Positions 1 through 10,196 of a stretch of 64,000 nt of DNA are shown here, one piece after another. Numbering within the stretch: position 1 is the first letter of the stretch; every line of letters begins with the position of its first letter. A model generated the notes under the pieces. That model made no database searches. It was given only the letters and a program-made list of their open reading frames with translations, and was not told where the DNA came from. Source of the DNA: Pedobacter sp. (GTDB lineage: Bacteria; Desulfobacterota; Desulfuromonadia; Desulfuromonadales; Syntrophotaleaceae); NCBI GenBank assembly GCA_050253415.1, contig JBFWJC010000008.1, forward strand, positions 54,499 to 118,498, written 5' to 3'. A program made the translations under genes and the position numbers.

Positions 1-429
1 AAAGATGTAAGGGAACATCAGACGATTCAGGGAATTCGTCAATTCCAGCTTACCAGGTACCGCACCGAAACCGTATCCGATTACTCGGACAATCCATGGG
101 GAAGCAAGTATGCCACACAAGGTCACAACTACCATGACCAACAACAACAGCGTCCAACATATATTGGCTACCCGCCTACCCTCTCCCTCCCCCTCGGTAT
201 GATAAACGCGAGAAAAGGTTGGTACAAAAGCGGCCGTCAAGGATCCTTCCGCAAAGAAACGTCTCAACAGGTTAGGTATTGTAAAAGCCATAAAAAAAGC
301 ATCGGCACCAAATCCGGCACCAAAAAGACGGGCAACAACCACATCCCGCACCAGTCCAAAAATGCGACTCATTCCGGTGGCAAAACCCATAACACCTGTC
401 GCCCTGGTAATTTCGCTCTTTTCCTTCAT
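1..429 (-). CDS. murJ: Lipid II flippase MurJ (5' part; runs off window start)
   Basis: Hand translation from ATG at 429: MKEKSEITRATGVMGFATGMSRIFGLVRDVVVARLFGAG...AFTIPNLLRRFFAEGSLTAAFVPTF, the MurJ/MviN N-terminal signature; absent from the ORF track because truncated. Confidence 0.93.
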   Translation of the reverse strand, partial: MKEKSEITRATGVMGFATGMSRIFGLVRDVVVARLFGAGFGADAFFMAFTIPNLLRRFFAEGSLTAAFVPTFSRVYHTEGEGEGRRVANICWTLLLLVMVVVTLCGILASPWIVRVIGYGFGAVPGKLELTNSLNRLMFPYIF

Positions 430-681
430 CCCACACAGACTCCTAAAAATACAAAACACCCCAAATAAAGGATTATTTTATTTTAATTCACTATCCAAGA
501 TCGATAACATACTGTTATATGATGCTTTTTTTACGTTTGATAAGTTTTTGTTAACTTGACTAATAATGTCACCGGTGTTATAAAACGCAGCATGTCATCG
601 ATAAGAAAACTTTCTATCGTGCAGATGACTTCCAATGTAGAAAAATCAAACAACCTATTTTGTTAAAACGGAGGCAAAACC

Positions 682-945
682 TTGGCCAACCACAAATCCG
701 CTCTGAAAAGAAATCGCCAAGCGGCGGTACGTAACGCCCGCAACACCCATATCCGCAGCTCCATGCGCACCTTCGTCAAGCAGGTACGTACTGCTGTTAC
801 CGCTGGCAATCTCGAAGATGCCAAGACGGCATTGGACCGCGCCGTACCTTTTATCGATAAAGCTGCCACCAAAGGTGTTATCCATAAAGCAACTGCCAGC
901 CGCAAGATTTCGCGTCTGGTCAAACTTGTCAACACCCTGGGCTAA
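682..945 (+). CDS. rpsT: 30S ribosomal protein S20
   Basis: [13 protein letters not shown]...[27 protein letters not shown] start. Confidence 0.97.
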   Translation: MANHKSALKRNRQAAVRNARNTHIRSSMRTFVKQVRTAVTAGNLEDAKTALDRAVPFIDKAATKGVIHKATASRKISRLVKLVNTLG

Positions 946-966
946 CCATAAGGGTGACATATCAAG

Positions 967-996
967 AAAAAAGGGGCCTTTCAGGCCCCTTTTTTT
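967..996. terminator. Bidirectional intrinsic terminator between rpsT and holA
   Basis: AAAAAAGGGGCCT-TTC-AGGCCCCTTTTTTT. Confidence 0.9.
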
Positions 997-1006
997 ATCT
1001 AGCACA

Positions 1007-1999
1007 CTACCCTGCCGCCAATCGCAACACCAAAGATTCAAGCACCGCCGCTGGAGGCGAACCGCTGGATTTCAACGCAAGATCGACCTCCAGTAACGAT
1101 TCAAAAACACCTCGAAAATTATCCGATGGAATGCGTCGCGCCTGCACGAGTATTCCATTCAGAAAATAAGGGTTGATACCAATACGGCGCGCCATCTCCT
1201 TTTCGGGAACTCGTTGTCGCAGCAACTCGTGAGCTTTCCATAGTTGACGAAAATGCCGGGTGATCATGGCCAGAATAAGTAACGGTGCAACCCCTTCGGC
1301 CAACAAACGATGCAGCAGCCTTAATGCCTCGCCAACATCCTTTTTGCCCAACGCATCGCTTAGCTCAAATACACTATCGACCCGACTGTCGGTTACCACA
1401 GCCAGAACATCTCTCGGTTCCGCAACATTACGCTCGCCGAGATAATTGCACAATTTGCTTAACTCGCCGTTTATTTCCTGAAGATTAGATCCGACACGTT
1501 TGCAAAAGAGTGTCAGGGCATCTTCCGTAAAAGAAATCCCGGCATCCTCCGCTTGTTCCTTTACAAAGGTTGGTATCTGGTTATCGTACAGTTTTTTAAA
1601 TTCAACCAACACACCGGTATTTTTAAAAACCTGATAAAACTTGCGACGACCGTCAACTTTGTCACCCGTGAAGACCAGTATTGTTTCTGGAACAGGGTTG
1701 TTCAGATAAGAGAGAAACTGTTCAAGTTCCGCCGCGGGCAGATTCTGGGCATCACGGACCACCACCACACGTACCGGACTGAATGCCGGCAAGGTGCAGG
1801 CCGAATCCAATACGGTTGTCGCACGACAGTCCTTACCATGAAAAACCTGCAAATTAAAATCGCGGGCTTCCAAAGGTACCGTTTGTTCGATAATCTCTCG
1901 CAGGATACGCTCAATGAAAAAGGTCTCCTCGCCGTACAGAAACAGCAGGCCGGGGAGTTTTTTCTCCCGCAATCGCTTTTTCAATTCACCAGGTGTCAC
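1007..1999 (-). CDS. holA: DNA polymerase III delta subunit
   Basis: LLFLYGEETFFI, VFELSDAL, VDLALKSS motifs; leuS-lptE-holA order; GTG start at 1999. Confidence 0.92.
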   Translation of the reverse strand: MTPGELKKRLREKKLPGLLFLYGEETFFIERILREIIEQTVPLEARDFNLQVFHGKDCRATTVLDSACTLPAFSPVRVVVVRDAQNLPAAELEQFLSYLNNPVPETILVFTGDKVDGRRKFYQVFKNTGVLVEFKKLYDNQIPTFVKEQAEDAGISFTEDALTLFCKRVGSNLQEINGELSKLCNYLGERNVAEPRDVLAVVTDSRVDSVFELSDALGKKDVGEALRLLHRLLAEGVAPLLILAMITRHFRQLWKAHELLRQRVPEKEMARRIGINPYFLNGILVQARRIPSDNFRGVFESLLEVDLALKSSGSPPAAVLESLVLRLAAG

Positions 2000-2022
2000 A
2001 TCCCCACCCTTTCGAGAGCGGT

Positions 2023-2535
2023 TCAAAAATCGTCTACCATTCGGGAATAGATATCATCGGCCAACCGCCGTGCAATTTCTTCGATAGCGGCCCTCTCGCG
2101 ATCATCCTCGAGAGCTTTATCGGCACTGGCGATGTAATCTTCCGTCCAGCTCGAACGCCCCTTCCAGAGGACTTGTGCGTTGTCGGCATGGCGCAACGCT
2201 ACTTCCACGGTCATGCGCGATCGGTACTCGGCAATACGGTCTCTGCCATCATAGGACAGGGAGTTGCTGGCATATTGAGTAACAGTCCCCGTCAAAAGAG
2301 CATCGGCCTGATCCGGATCATTGACCAGCTCAACCCCGGGGCTCCTTATCAGGCGATCAAGCAACGCACCGGTCACCGCGTTTTCCAAGAACGGTTCATA
2401 GGTAGCATTATGTAAAATCGCAACATGCACATAGCGTACCCCGGCGGGCAGAGTGTCTCCCTTGCCCTGCAAATGATATCCGCAGCCAAGCAGGCTCAGC
2501 ATCAGCACCAGACCGATCAGACCTCGCGCCATCAT
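2023..2535 (-). CDS. lptE: LPS assembly lipoprotein LptE
   Basis: Lipobox LLGC-GYHL; position between leuS and holA. Confidence 0.85.
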   Translation of the reverse strand: MMARGLIGLVLMLSLLGCGYHLQGKGDTLPAGVRYVHVAILHNATYEPFLENAVTGALLDRLIRSPGVELVNDPDQADALLTGTVTQYASNSLSYDGRDRIAEYRSRMTVEVALRHADNAQVLWKGRSSWTEDYIASADKALEDDRERAAIEEIARRLADDIYSRMVDDF

Positions 2536-5084
2536 GATGCGACGATGCTCACCAGGCGACCGGGAACAACCACTACTTTACGCACAGATTTGCCCTCCAG
2601 AAAGCGAACCACATTGCCCTCCGCCAACGCTGCCTGCTGCACCGTATCGTTATCTGCATCGGCAGCTACAGTCACCTTACCGCGGACCTTACCGTTGACC
2701 TGAACCACGATGGTCATTTCATCTTCTACCAATGCAGCAGTGTCCAAGGTTGGCCAACCGGCGGCTTCAATACCACCCTCATGGCCAAGACAAACCCACA
2801 ATTCTTCGCATACATGCGGGACGAACGGCGCCAAAAGCCTCACCAAAGACTCCAGAGCTTCGCGCATGACTCCAGGATATTCATCCCGCGGTTCGAAACC
2901 ATAGATAGCGTTAACAAGCTCCATAACCGAAGCTATAGCCGTGTTGAAATGGAAGCTACCATCGATATCCTCGGTAACCTTTTTAATTGTGCGATGGACT
3001 TGACGACGCAAATCCCTGGCCGGGCCTTCTGCGGCTGCCGGAATATCAACGCCGGTAACACGCTCAAGGTTATCGTACACAGCCCTCCAGACGCGGTTCA
3101 GGAAGCGATAGCAACCTTCCACGCCCTGTTCGTTCCACTCGAGATCTTTTTCGGGCGGTGCGGCAAACAGCGAAAAGAGCCGGGCCGTATCCGCCCCGTA
3201 ACTTGCGATGAGCTGATCCGGATCCACCACGTTCTTTTTGGACTTGCTCATCTTCTCATTGCGACCGGTTTTGGCTGTCGCACCGCAAAGAACACACTTC
3301 CCGTCAACCACCTGCTCGGGATAGAGCCAGCCGTGCTCCGGGCAGGAGGTGGTTTCCATACACACCATGCCTTGGGTCAGCAGGTTTTTAAACGGTTCAT
3401 CCTGCGAAACCATTCCCAGGTCACGCATAACCTTGGTGAAGAATCGGGCATACAACAGATGCATAACTGCATGCTCAATTCCACCAATATACTGATCCAC
3501 GGGCAGCCAGTGGTCAACAGCTTCACGATCCAGCGGTCCGGCGTCAAACCGTGGGCAGGCATAGCGGGCAAAATACCAGGAGCTCTCTACGAAGGTGTCG
3601 AACGTATCCGTTTCCCGGCGGGCATCACCACCACAAGTCGGGCAGGAGACATTCAAGAAGGACTGGTGCCTTGCGAGTGGACTGCCACCTTCCCCGCTGA
3701 TTTCCACATCCATGGGCAACAGGACCGGCAAATCCTTCTCGGGGACAGCAACGGGACCACACTGGGGACAATAAATAATAGGAATCGGGGTTCCCCAGTA
3801 ACGCTGCCGGGAAACGCCCCAGTCACGCAAACGGTAATTTATGGTTTTACAACCGATCCCCTGTTCTTCAAGGAATGCGGCTATTTTTTCTTTGGCAAGA
3901 TTATTATCCAGCCCATCGAAAGGGCCGGAATTAACGAGGAGGCCAGAATCAGTCCAGGCCTCGGTCATTGCCTCCGGATCGAGTGTTTGACCTTCGGGCT
4001 GAATAACCACAACCTTGGGAATATCATATTTGGTCGCGAACTCAAAATCGCGCTGATCGTGGGTAGGAACGGCCATAACGGCACCGGTTCCATAGTCCAT
4101 CAGCACGAAATTGGCCAGATAGATGGGAATACGGCGCCCATTAACCGGGTTAATGCTGTAGGAGCCGGTAAACACCCCTTCTTTGACAAAATCATCGCTG
4201 GTCCGTTTAAGCTTGTCCTGCGAACGTACCCGGGCGATGAATGCCTCGACCTCGGCTTTGCAACCATCGGAGGCCAATGTCATCGCCAAAGGGTGTTCCG
4301 CGGCGAGACTCATGAAAGTAGCGCCGTAGAGGGTATCCTGACGCGTAGTAAAAACCTTGATTTTTGCATCGGAATCCACTACCGGAAAATCGATTTCGCA
4401 CCCGGTGGATCGACCGATCCAATTGCGCTGCATCGTCAACACCGACTCAGGCCAACCGGTCAGCTTATAGGTATCATCCAACAGTTCCTGTGCATAATCG
4501 GTAATTTTAAAAAACCACTGTTCCAGCTCTTTTTGCTCGACTTCAGTAGAGCAGCGCCAGCATGCGTCGTTTTCAACCTGTTCATTGGCCAGAACCGTCT
4601 GACACTCGGGGCACCAATTAACGAAGGAGCTTTTTTTATAAGCCAGACCTTTTTCAAACATTTTGAGAAAGATCAACTGCTCCCAACGATAATATTCAGG
4701 ATGACAGGTAGCCAGTTCGCGATCCCAATCGTAGGAGAATCCCATTTTTTTGATCTGGGCCCGCATATTGGCAATGTTTTCATACGTCCACTTGCCGGGA
4801 TGGATGCCATGCTGAATGGCAGCATTTTCAGCGGGCATACCGAAGGCGTCCCACCCCATGGGATGCAACACGTTATAACCTTGCAGACGTTTGAAACGCG
4901 CAACCACGTCGCCTATGGAGTAGTTGCGTACATGACCCATGTGAATACGCCCGGAAGGATAAGGAAACATCTCTAAAAGATAATACTTTTTCCTGTCGTC
5001 CTCCTGCGCCTTGAAGGTTTTATCCTGCTCCCAACGTTTCTGCCACTTACCTTCAATGCTGCCAGCGTCGTAACGCTCTTCCAT
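2532..5084 (-). CDS. leuS: Leucine--tRNA ligase
   Basis: HMGH (HIGH) and KMSKS motifs, MFPYPSG; start at MEERYD after GGAGG RBS. Confidence 0.97.
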   Translation of the reverse strand: MEERYDAGSIEGKWQKRWEQDKTFKAQEDDRKKYYLLEMFPYPSGRIHMGHVRNYSIGDVVARFKRLQGYNVLHPMGWDAFGMPAENAAIQHGIHPGKWTYENIANMRAQIKKMGFSYDWDRELATCHPEYYRWEQLIFLKMFEKGLAYKKSSFVNWCPECQTVLANEQVENDACWRCSTEVEQKELEQWFFKITDYAQELLDDTYKLTGWPESVLTMQRNWIGRSTGCEIDFPVVDSDAKIKVFTTRQDTLYGATFMSLAAEHPLAMTLASDGCKAEVEAFIARVRSQDKLKRTSDDFVKEGVFTGSYSINPVNGRRIPIYLANFVLMDYGTGAVMAVPTHDQRDFEFATKYDIPKVVVIQPEGQTLDPEAMTEAWTDSGLLVNSGPFDGLDNNLAKEKIAAFLEEQGIGCKTINYRLRDWGVSRQRYWGTPIPIIYCPQCGPVAVPEKDLPVLLPMDVEISGEGGSPLARHQSFLNVSCPTCGGDARRETDTFDTFVESSWYFARYACPRFDAGPLDREAVDHWLPVDQYIGGIEHAVMHLLYARFFTKVMRDLGMVSQDEPFKNLLTQGMVCMETTSCPEHGWLYPEQVVDGKCVLCGATAKTGRNEKMSKSKKNVVDPDQLIASYGADTARLFSLFAAPPEKDLEWNEQGVEGCYRFLNRVWRAVYDNLERVTGVDIPAAAEGPARDLRRQVHRTIKKVTEDIDGSFHFNTAIASVMELVNAIYGFEPRDEYPGVMREALESLVRLLAPFVPHVCEELWVCLGHEGGIEAAGWPTLDTAALVEDEMTIVVQVNGKVRGKVTVAADADNDTVQQAALAEGNVVRFLEGKSVRKVVVVPGRLVSIVAS

Positions 5085-5266
5085 AAAAACCCTCCGCATC
5101 CACACGGATACCAATATAAACAGGAAAACCGGCCAACGCCGGTATCGATGATTCACGGGAATTTACGAAGCCAGTCCCTTCCGATTATATCGAGATATTA
5201 TCGGAATCAACTGGCCTCACGTAACACCTATATTGACATGCTCTAAAGACAAGCGCCCTGCGATTC

Positions 5267-5485
5267 CTACTTTTCGCGGTAGGTAATACGCCCGCGAGTC
5301 AAATCGTAGGGGGACAATTCAACAGTCACACGATCGCCGGGCAGAATACGGATGTAAAACTTCCTCATTTTACCCGAGATGTGGGCCAGAATGGTGTGCC
5401 CGTTATCAAGCTTGACACGAAACATGGCATTGGGAAGTGGTTCTATGACCTTCCCTTCAACTTCAATGGCTTCTTCTTTTGCCAA
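5267..5485 (-). CDS. infA: Translation initiation factor IF-1
   Basis: [11 protein letters not shown]...[36 protein letters not shown]. Confidence 0.97.
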   Translation of the reverse strand: MAKEEAIEVEGKVIEPLPNAMFRVKLDNGHTILAHISGKMRKFYIRILPGDRVTVELSPYDLTRGRITYREK

Positions 5486-5728
5486 CGCAACCTCCTTGCA
5501 ATATTTAACAATCGCTTCCAGTGAATAATTCCAAGTGAAAAAACAGCACTATTTAACATGACCGCCCCCGGCATTGTCAACCCTTTGGCCCAAATGGCAG
5601 TCACTCTAACCGGGTTTCACCAACAAGCGTCCTTACCGAAAGATTGCAACCACAATCGGCCCTTGTCAACCGACTCAATCCCTATCGGCTCTTTGCTTAT
5701 TACCTCGTTTGGTTCCACAGTAAAGGGG

Positions 5729-6103
5729 TTACAACCCGAGGAGACGAGAAGCCGTATCGACAACTATGGCAGCCTGCACAGGCTTGGTTATATATTCGGT
5801 AGCGCCAAGAGCCATGGCGCGATCACGATCTTCCGTGGCGCCCTCAGTGGTTACCATGACAATAGGAATATCCCGGGTACGTTGATCCGCTCGTAGCATA
5901 CGAACCAGCTTGAGGCCATCCAAGCCCGGCATATTTACATCGGAAAAGACCAGAGACAGCTGTTCATTTGCAATGACCTTCAAGGCCTCAAGACCATCGC
6001 TGGCTTCCAGAACGGTTACACCCGGCACACGCCGCAGCGACATGACCAGCAATTGCCGCATAATAGCCGAATCCTCTACTACCAGGATTTTATGGCCAGA
6101 CAT
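5729..6103 (-). CDS. CheY-like single-domain response regulator
   Basis: VVEDS...SDVNMPGLDG...VTTEG...YITKP. Confidence 0.9.
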   Translation of the reverse strand: MSGHKILVVEDSAIMRQLLVMSLRRVPGVTVLEASDGLEALKVIANEQLSLVFSDVNMPGLDGLKLVRMLRADQRTRDIPIVMVTTEGATEDRDRAMALGATEYITKPVQAAIVVDTASRLLGL

Positions 6104-6118
6104 TCCTACCTCCTTACT

Positions 6119-6946
6119 TCATTTAGTCAACAGATCAAGAAAACCTTGGATGGTGGTCAGCTTACGTTCTGATTCAGAATAAAGTTTAGAGGCAAAAATA
6201 GCCGTAGCAGCATGCCCTGCAAGAAGAGTAAACAATTCATAGTCAATATCCGCAAACCGTCGCTTTTGCAAAAACAACTTATAAACCGCCAGGACACCTA
6301 TGACACGGTCTTTTATCTTAAGGGGAATGCAGGCCAAAGGAGCATCATAAGCCGTGCTTACCTCGTCCAGACTGGCGGCGTAAAAACTCTCTCCGGTACT
6401 GGCCACAGTTCCAAGAGTTCCTTTGCCCAGGGGGCAGGCCGGTAATTGATCGATTTCCACACCTTCGCCGACCATGGCCTGTAAAGACCCGGCATTTTCA
6501 TCAAGCAGAAAAAGCGCGAATTCCTCACCGCCAATAAGATTAATAATAATCTCGGAGATAATCTGCAGCACATCGCGAAAATCAAGAGTTAAATGCAATT
6601 GATAGGTCGCAATGTAGAGGTTGGCCAGACTATTATTCTCCCCCTCTATCTCAACGTAACGGTTGGCAAAGTCGATATTTTCAGCTTCTACACGCGCAAT
6701 GCGCTGCATGATTTCCATCTTTTCCTGCTCAAGGTCGGCGACCTGAGATTTCAGGGTTTCGACCTCTTGCAGTGCCTGGGCAGCACAGGAAGCTAAACGA
6801 TTCTGCTCTTCCATTTGTACAAGCTGGAAACGCAGTTTTTCATTTTCACGCAACAATTCCTGAGTAAATTCGGCTCCCTTTTTGAAAACCTGTAAAAACT
6901 CATCTGCTCGTTGGGTTAACTTCCCTTGATCCTCTTTTTGACTCAT
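6119..6946 (-). CDS. Coiled-coil + GAF domain protein of chemosensory cluster
   Basis: N-terminal heptad-rich segment; C-terminal GAF (LACIPLKIKDRVIGVL...F..DYELFTLLA); start at MSQKED. Confidence 0.8.
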   Translation of the reverse strand: MSQKEDQGKLTQRADEFLQVFKKGAEFTQELLRENEKLRFQLVQMEEQNRLASCAAQALQEVETLKSQVADLEQEKMEIMQRIARVEAENIDFANRYVEIEGENNSLANLYIATYQLHLTLDFRDVLQIISEIIINLIGGEEFALFLLDENAGSLQAMVGEGVEIDQLPACPLGKGTLGTVASTGESFYAASLDEVSTAYDAPLACIPLKIKDRVIGVLAVYKLFLQKRRFADIDYELFTLLAGHAATAIFASKLYSESERKLTTIQGFLDLLTK

Positions 6947-7132
6947 CGTCTCTCCCCGAAACTTCCGAGAGCCTCCATACTTTTGTTCATGCGGAACCAT
7001 GACTTATTGGAACAGGTATTGCCACGTTCTTCCTTGTACCGTAAGCCGACCGCAAACCCACCGATTCGTTCAACCCGGATTATGTTATCCCAAAAACAAG
7101 ATATCCGACCCATCTATAAATAAGGAAATTAT

Positions 7133-7501
7133 TCAGAGTAAAAATCTTTGGATGGTTTCAATCACCATAGAGGACTTGAAAGGCTTGGTAATATACCAAT
7201 CCGCGCCGACTTCCTGTCCACGGGAAAAATCGTCTTGACACTTTTTCGCCGTGAGCATAATAACAGGAATATGGCTGGTATCTTTGGCGCCCTTAATCCG
7301 TCTACAAACTTCAAAACCGTCAATTTCGGGAAGCATGATATCCAGCAAAATCAAATCGGGCTTTTGCAAAGCGATTGCTTCTAAAGCGGCCTGCCCGTTC
7401 GGCACCCCCTTGACGTCATAGCCCTTGGAGGTAAGCAGGATACTTTCCAGACGAAGAAGACTTTCCTCATCTTCGACAATAAGTATTTTTTTCCTGGACA
7501 C
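7133..7501 (-). CDS. Single-domain response regulator
   Basis: IVEDEE...LLDIMLPEIDG...LTAK...YITKPF. Confidence 0.9.
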   Translation of the reverse strand: MSRKKILIVEDEESLLRLESILLTSKGYDVKGVPNGQAALEAIALQKPDLILLDIMLPEIDGFEVCRRIKGAKDTSHIPVIMLTAKKCQDDFSRGQEVGADWYITKPFKSSMVIETIQRFLL

Positions 7502-7513
7502 AATCCCACTCCT

Positions 7514-10072
7514 TTACAAAGTAACGGACAAGTCGAGAAGTGCTGCAATATTCAACACTCCGACATCATGTCCTTTCCTGCGGACGACTCCAGCAAGGAA
7601 AGGACTGTCGTTTTGCGACAAAATAGCCTCCGTAGCCATTTCTTCACCTTGCGCATTATGAAACAATTGCCCCAAGCGTTCAACCGCAACGGCTACCCTT
7701 TGATCACCAGAATTACTCAGCAGAACTGTTCCAAAGGACATTTCTGATGCCCCGGAAATCCCCATCCGCGCAGCCACATCAAGCACAGGGACAATCTGGT
7801 CTCGCCACAAGGCCACTCCGCTGATAAAAGATGGGGCACGCGGCACAGGAATCCAATCGGCCCTCTCTATTATCTCCACAACCTCCATGATGTCCAGTGC
7901 ATATTCATCCCCCCCGAGAAAAAAGGAAATAAAGTTCCCCCTTCCACCTTCTCCGCCAGTTACTGAGGCTATGAAAGAATCATCGTTATCCCGCGAGGAG
8001 GCTGCATCGAATCCACCCGTTACTTGAACAGGCGACTCGGCAATGAACGGCAAGGAAGACTTTACCTCAGGATCCAACCCGTCCAAACAGCCAATTTGCG
8101 CTTGAGGCGGATAAGGTGCCTGGCGTATCAGATAAGCAAGGTCCAGCAACAACACCGGACCGGTACCAACCAATTCAGCAACAGCGGAAAATCCCGGAAC
8201 CTGTCGTAACAAAGCGTCAAAGGGACGAATAACCGCCTCCCGTCGCCCCAGCAAGCCCTCAACGATCAGCCCGACCTGCCTGGCGCCGAATCCTACAACC
8301 ACAAGGAAAGGCGCTCCTTCGACGCATGCAGTGGATCCCTTGAAATAATGCCGCAGATCAAGCAATGGCAGAGGCTCCTGACCATCTGACATATGCCCGC
8401 TCTCGGATTCTTTTGCGCAGTTGGTTGCAAAAGGCTTCACACAGCATACACCTTCAAGCGCCATGGCATATGGCCTGTCTGCAACGATGACAACCAGTAC
8501 CGACATGATCGTTTTATGGACAGGCAGCGTTAAAGTCATACAGGTCCCAACACCGGTGCGGGTATCGACCTCGACCATTCCGCAAAGGGAATCAAGCTGG
8601 CATCGCACCACATCCATACCTATGCCCCGGCCGGAAATCTCCGTAACGTTGGTACAGGTGGAAAAACCGGGCTGAACAAGCAGATCGTAAAGCTGCTGAT
8701 TCGACAAAGTTTCCCCTTGCCCAATCATGCCGAGCCCATAAGCCCGGGCTTGAACTTTTTGTAGATCAATGCCACGGCCATCGTCACGAACTTCGATGGC
8801 AACCTGTCCGCTACGCAGACTGGCTTCAAGAACCAGGGTGCCTTCAGCGGGCTTGCCATACAAGACGCGCTCATCGGGCGGTTCGATGCCGTGATCTATC
8901 GCATTACGCACCAGATGTAACAGCGGCTCATGCAACCGCTCAAGCACCCCGCGGTCAAGAGGAACGTCATTCCCACGCATGACCAACCGTACACGCTTGC
9001 CGGTCCCGCGCTCTGCCGCCCGCACCACCCGCGTCATACGCTGGAACAAATATCGCACAGGTATCATACGCGCATCGTTAAGGGATCGTTGCAGCCTGAA
9101 AAGATCCCGTTCCATATCCTGAAAAGAGCGTTCAACCACCTCCGTCAATTCAGCATGTTTCTCATCCGTAAACTGCTGAAAATAACGTTTGAGTTGGCCT
9201 TGCCCGAGCATCAGGTTTTTGGAAATTTCCTGCAACTCATCCAGGGCCTTGGATTCTACCCGGATCATCTGCGAGGGGATTGATAATTCTGTCGAGGTCT
9301 TTGATACAGGCTGCCGTGGCGAAACAGCTGTAGCCGTTGGTTTCGCGTCAACCGGTGTAATCAGACGCAGACGCATTCGATATTCTACCGGCAGATGTTT
9401 ACCAAGGTCAGGGCGTATAGATCCACAAAACAGCCAATGAAAGTCGATGCGACCGTTATCTCGAGGCCCTCCGGGAATCGTTGCGAGAAGCTTCCCATGG
9501 TTGCGTAACAGCTGTTCAAACTCAGGCAACGCGGTATCAATCGCAGACAAAGTCAAACAACAACTGATTAAAAAGACATCCTGTCCCACAGCCAGGCAAT
9601 GATGTAATTGCTGGACCTCAAAAACAGTGAGAGAGCGATAAAGATCAGGATCGAGATTGCCAGGTGGTTTCTGCGCCAGGTCTGCAGGGACAAGATCTCC
9701 AGTGCAAACACTCTCCAACAGAGAAATCATCTGTGCACAGCGGGTTTCAGAATCAGATCTCCGATGCACCAACCGGTCCATCAATGTTACCGATTCGTCT
9801 AGCAGCTCAAACAGATGCGCCGTTGCCTGTTGCCGTCCCATGCGGAGATTGTCCAGGCAAGATTCGAGATGATGAGCAAGACTGCTCGCTTGTTGCAGCC
9901 CCACTGAAGAACTCAGCCCCTTCAATGAATGAAGGCTGCGGAAAAGACTGTCGAGGAGGATGGCATCTAAGGATTTACTGACAAATTGTTCAGTTAATAC
10001 TTCCAGATCGCGACGTACAGCCTCGAGCAAATCCTCGGCTTCGCTCACAAATTCAAGATCAGGATCCATCAT
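7514..10072 (-). CDS. cheA: CheA histidine kinase with an extra fused C-terminal CheW domain
   Basis: HPT (FRSLHSLKG), N/G1/F/G2 boxes (HLVRNAIDHG, DDGRGID, GFST, SGRGIGMDVV), P5, linker, second CheW (FFLGGDEYAL...VPRAP...GV..WRDQIVPVLD). Confidence 0.88.
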   Translation of the reverse strand: MMDPDLEFVSEAEDLLEAVRRDLEVLTEQFVSKSLDAILLDSLFRSLHSLKGLSSSVGLQQASSLAHHLESCLDNLRMGRQQATAHLFELLDESVTLMDRLVHRRSDSETRCAQMISLLESVCTGDLVPADLAQKPPGNLDPDLYRSLTVFEVQQLHHCLAVGQDVFLISCCLTLSAIDTALPEFEQLLRNHGKLLATIPGGPRDNGRIDFHWLFCGSIRPDLGKHLPVEYRMRLRLITPVDAKPTATAVSPRQPVSKTSTELSIPSQMIRVESKALDELQEISKNLMLGQGQLKRYFQQFTDEKHAELTEVVERSFQDMERDLFRLQRSLNDARMIPVRYLFQRMTRVVRAAERGTGKRVRLVMRGNDVPLDRGVLERLHEPLLHLVRNAIDHGIEPPDERVLYGKPAEGTLVLEASLRSGQVAIEVRDDGRGIDLQKVQARAYGLGMIGQGETLSNQQLYDLLVQPGFSTCTNVTEISGRGIGMDVVRCQLDSLCGMVEVDTRTGVGTCMTLTLPVHKTIMSVLVVIVADRPYAMALEGVCCVKPFATNCAKESESGHMSDGQEPLPLLDLRHYFKGSTACVEGAPFLVVVGFGARQVGLIVEGLLGRREAVIRPFDALLRQVPGFSAVAELVGTGPVLLLDLAYLIRQAPYPPQAQIGCLDGLDPEVKSSLPFIAESPVQVTGGFDAASSRDNDDSFIASVTGGEGGRGNFISFFLGGDEYALDIMEVVEIIERADWIPVPRAPSFISGVALWRDQIVPVLDVAARMGISGASEMSFGTVLLSNSGDQRVAVAVERLGQLFHNAQGEEMATEAILSQNDSPFLAGVVRRKGHDVGVLNIAALLDLSVTL

Positions 10073-10196
10073 CTTGAAACCTCTCTGGCTGCACCATGCA
10101 AGCGCCAAAAATGCCAGGCGCTCATCCTGACCTTACGCGGCCCCAGGATCACAACAACCGTTAAAGCAACAAGATATGTTGCCAAAAGCATAAGCC

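Noticed and set aside
2781..4976. 731-aa plus-strand ORF
   Set aside because: Antisense shadow of leuS; no motifs
5085..5266. T-box riboswitch upstream of leuS
   Set aside because: No GGTGGNACC antiterminator or recognisable Stem I
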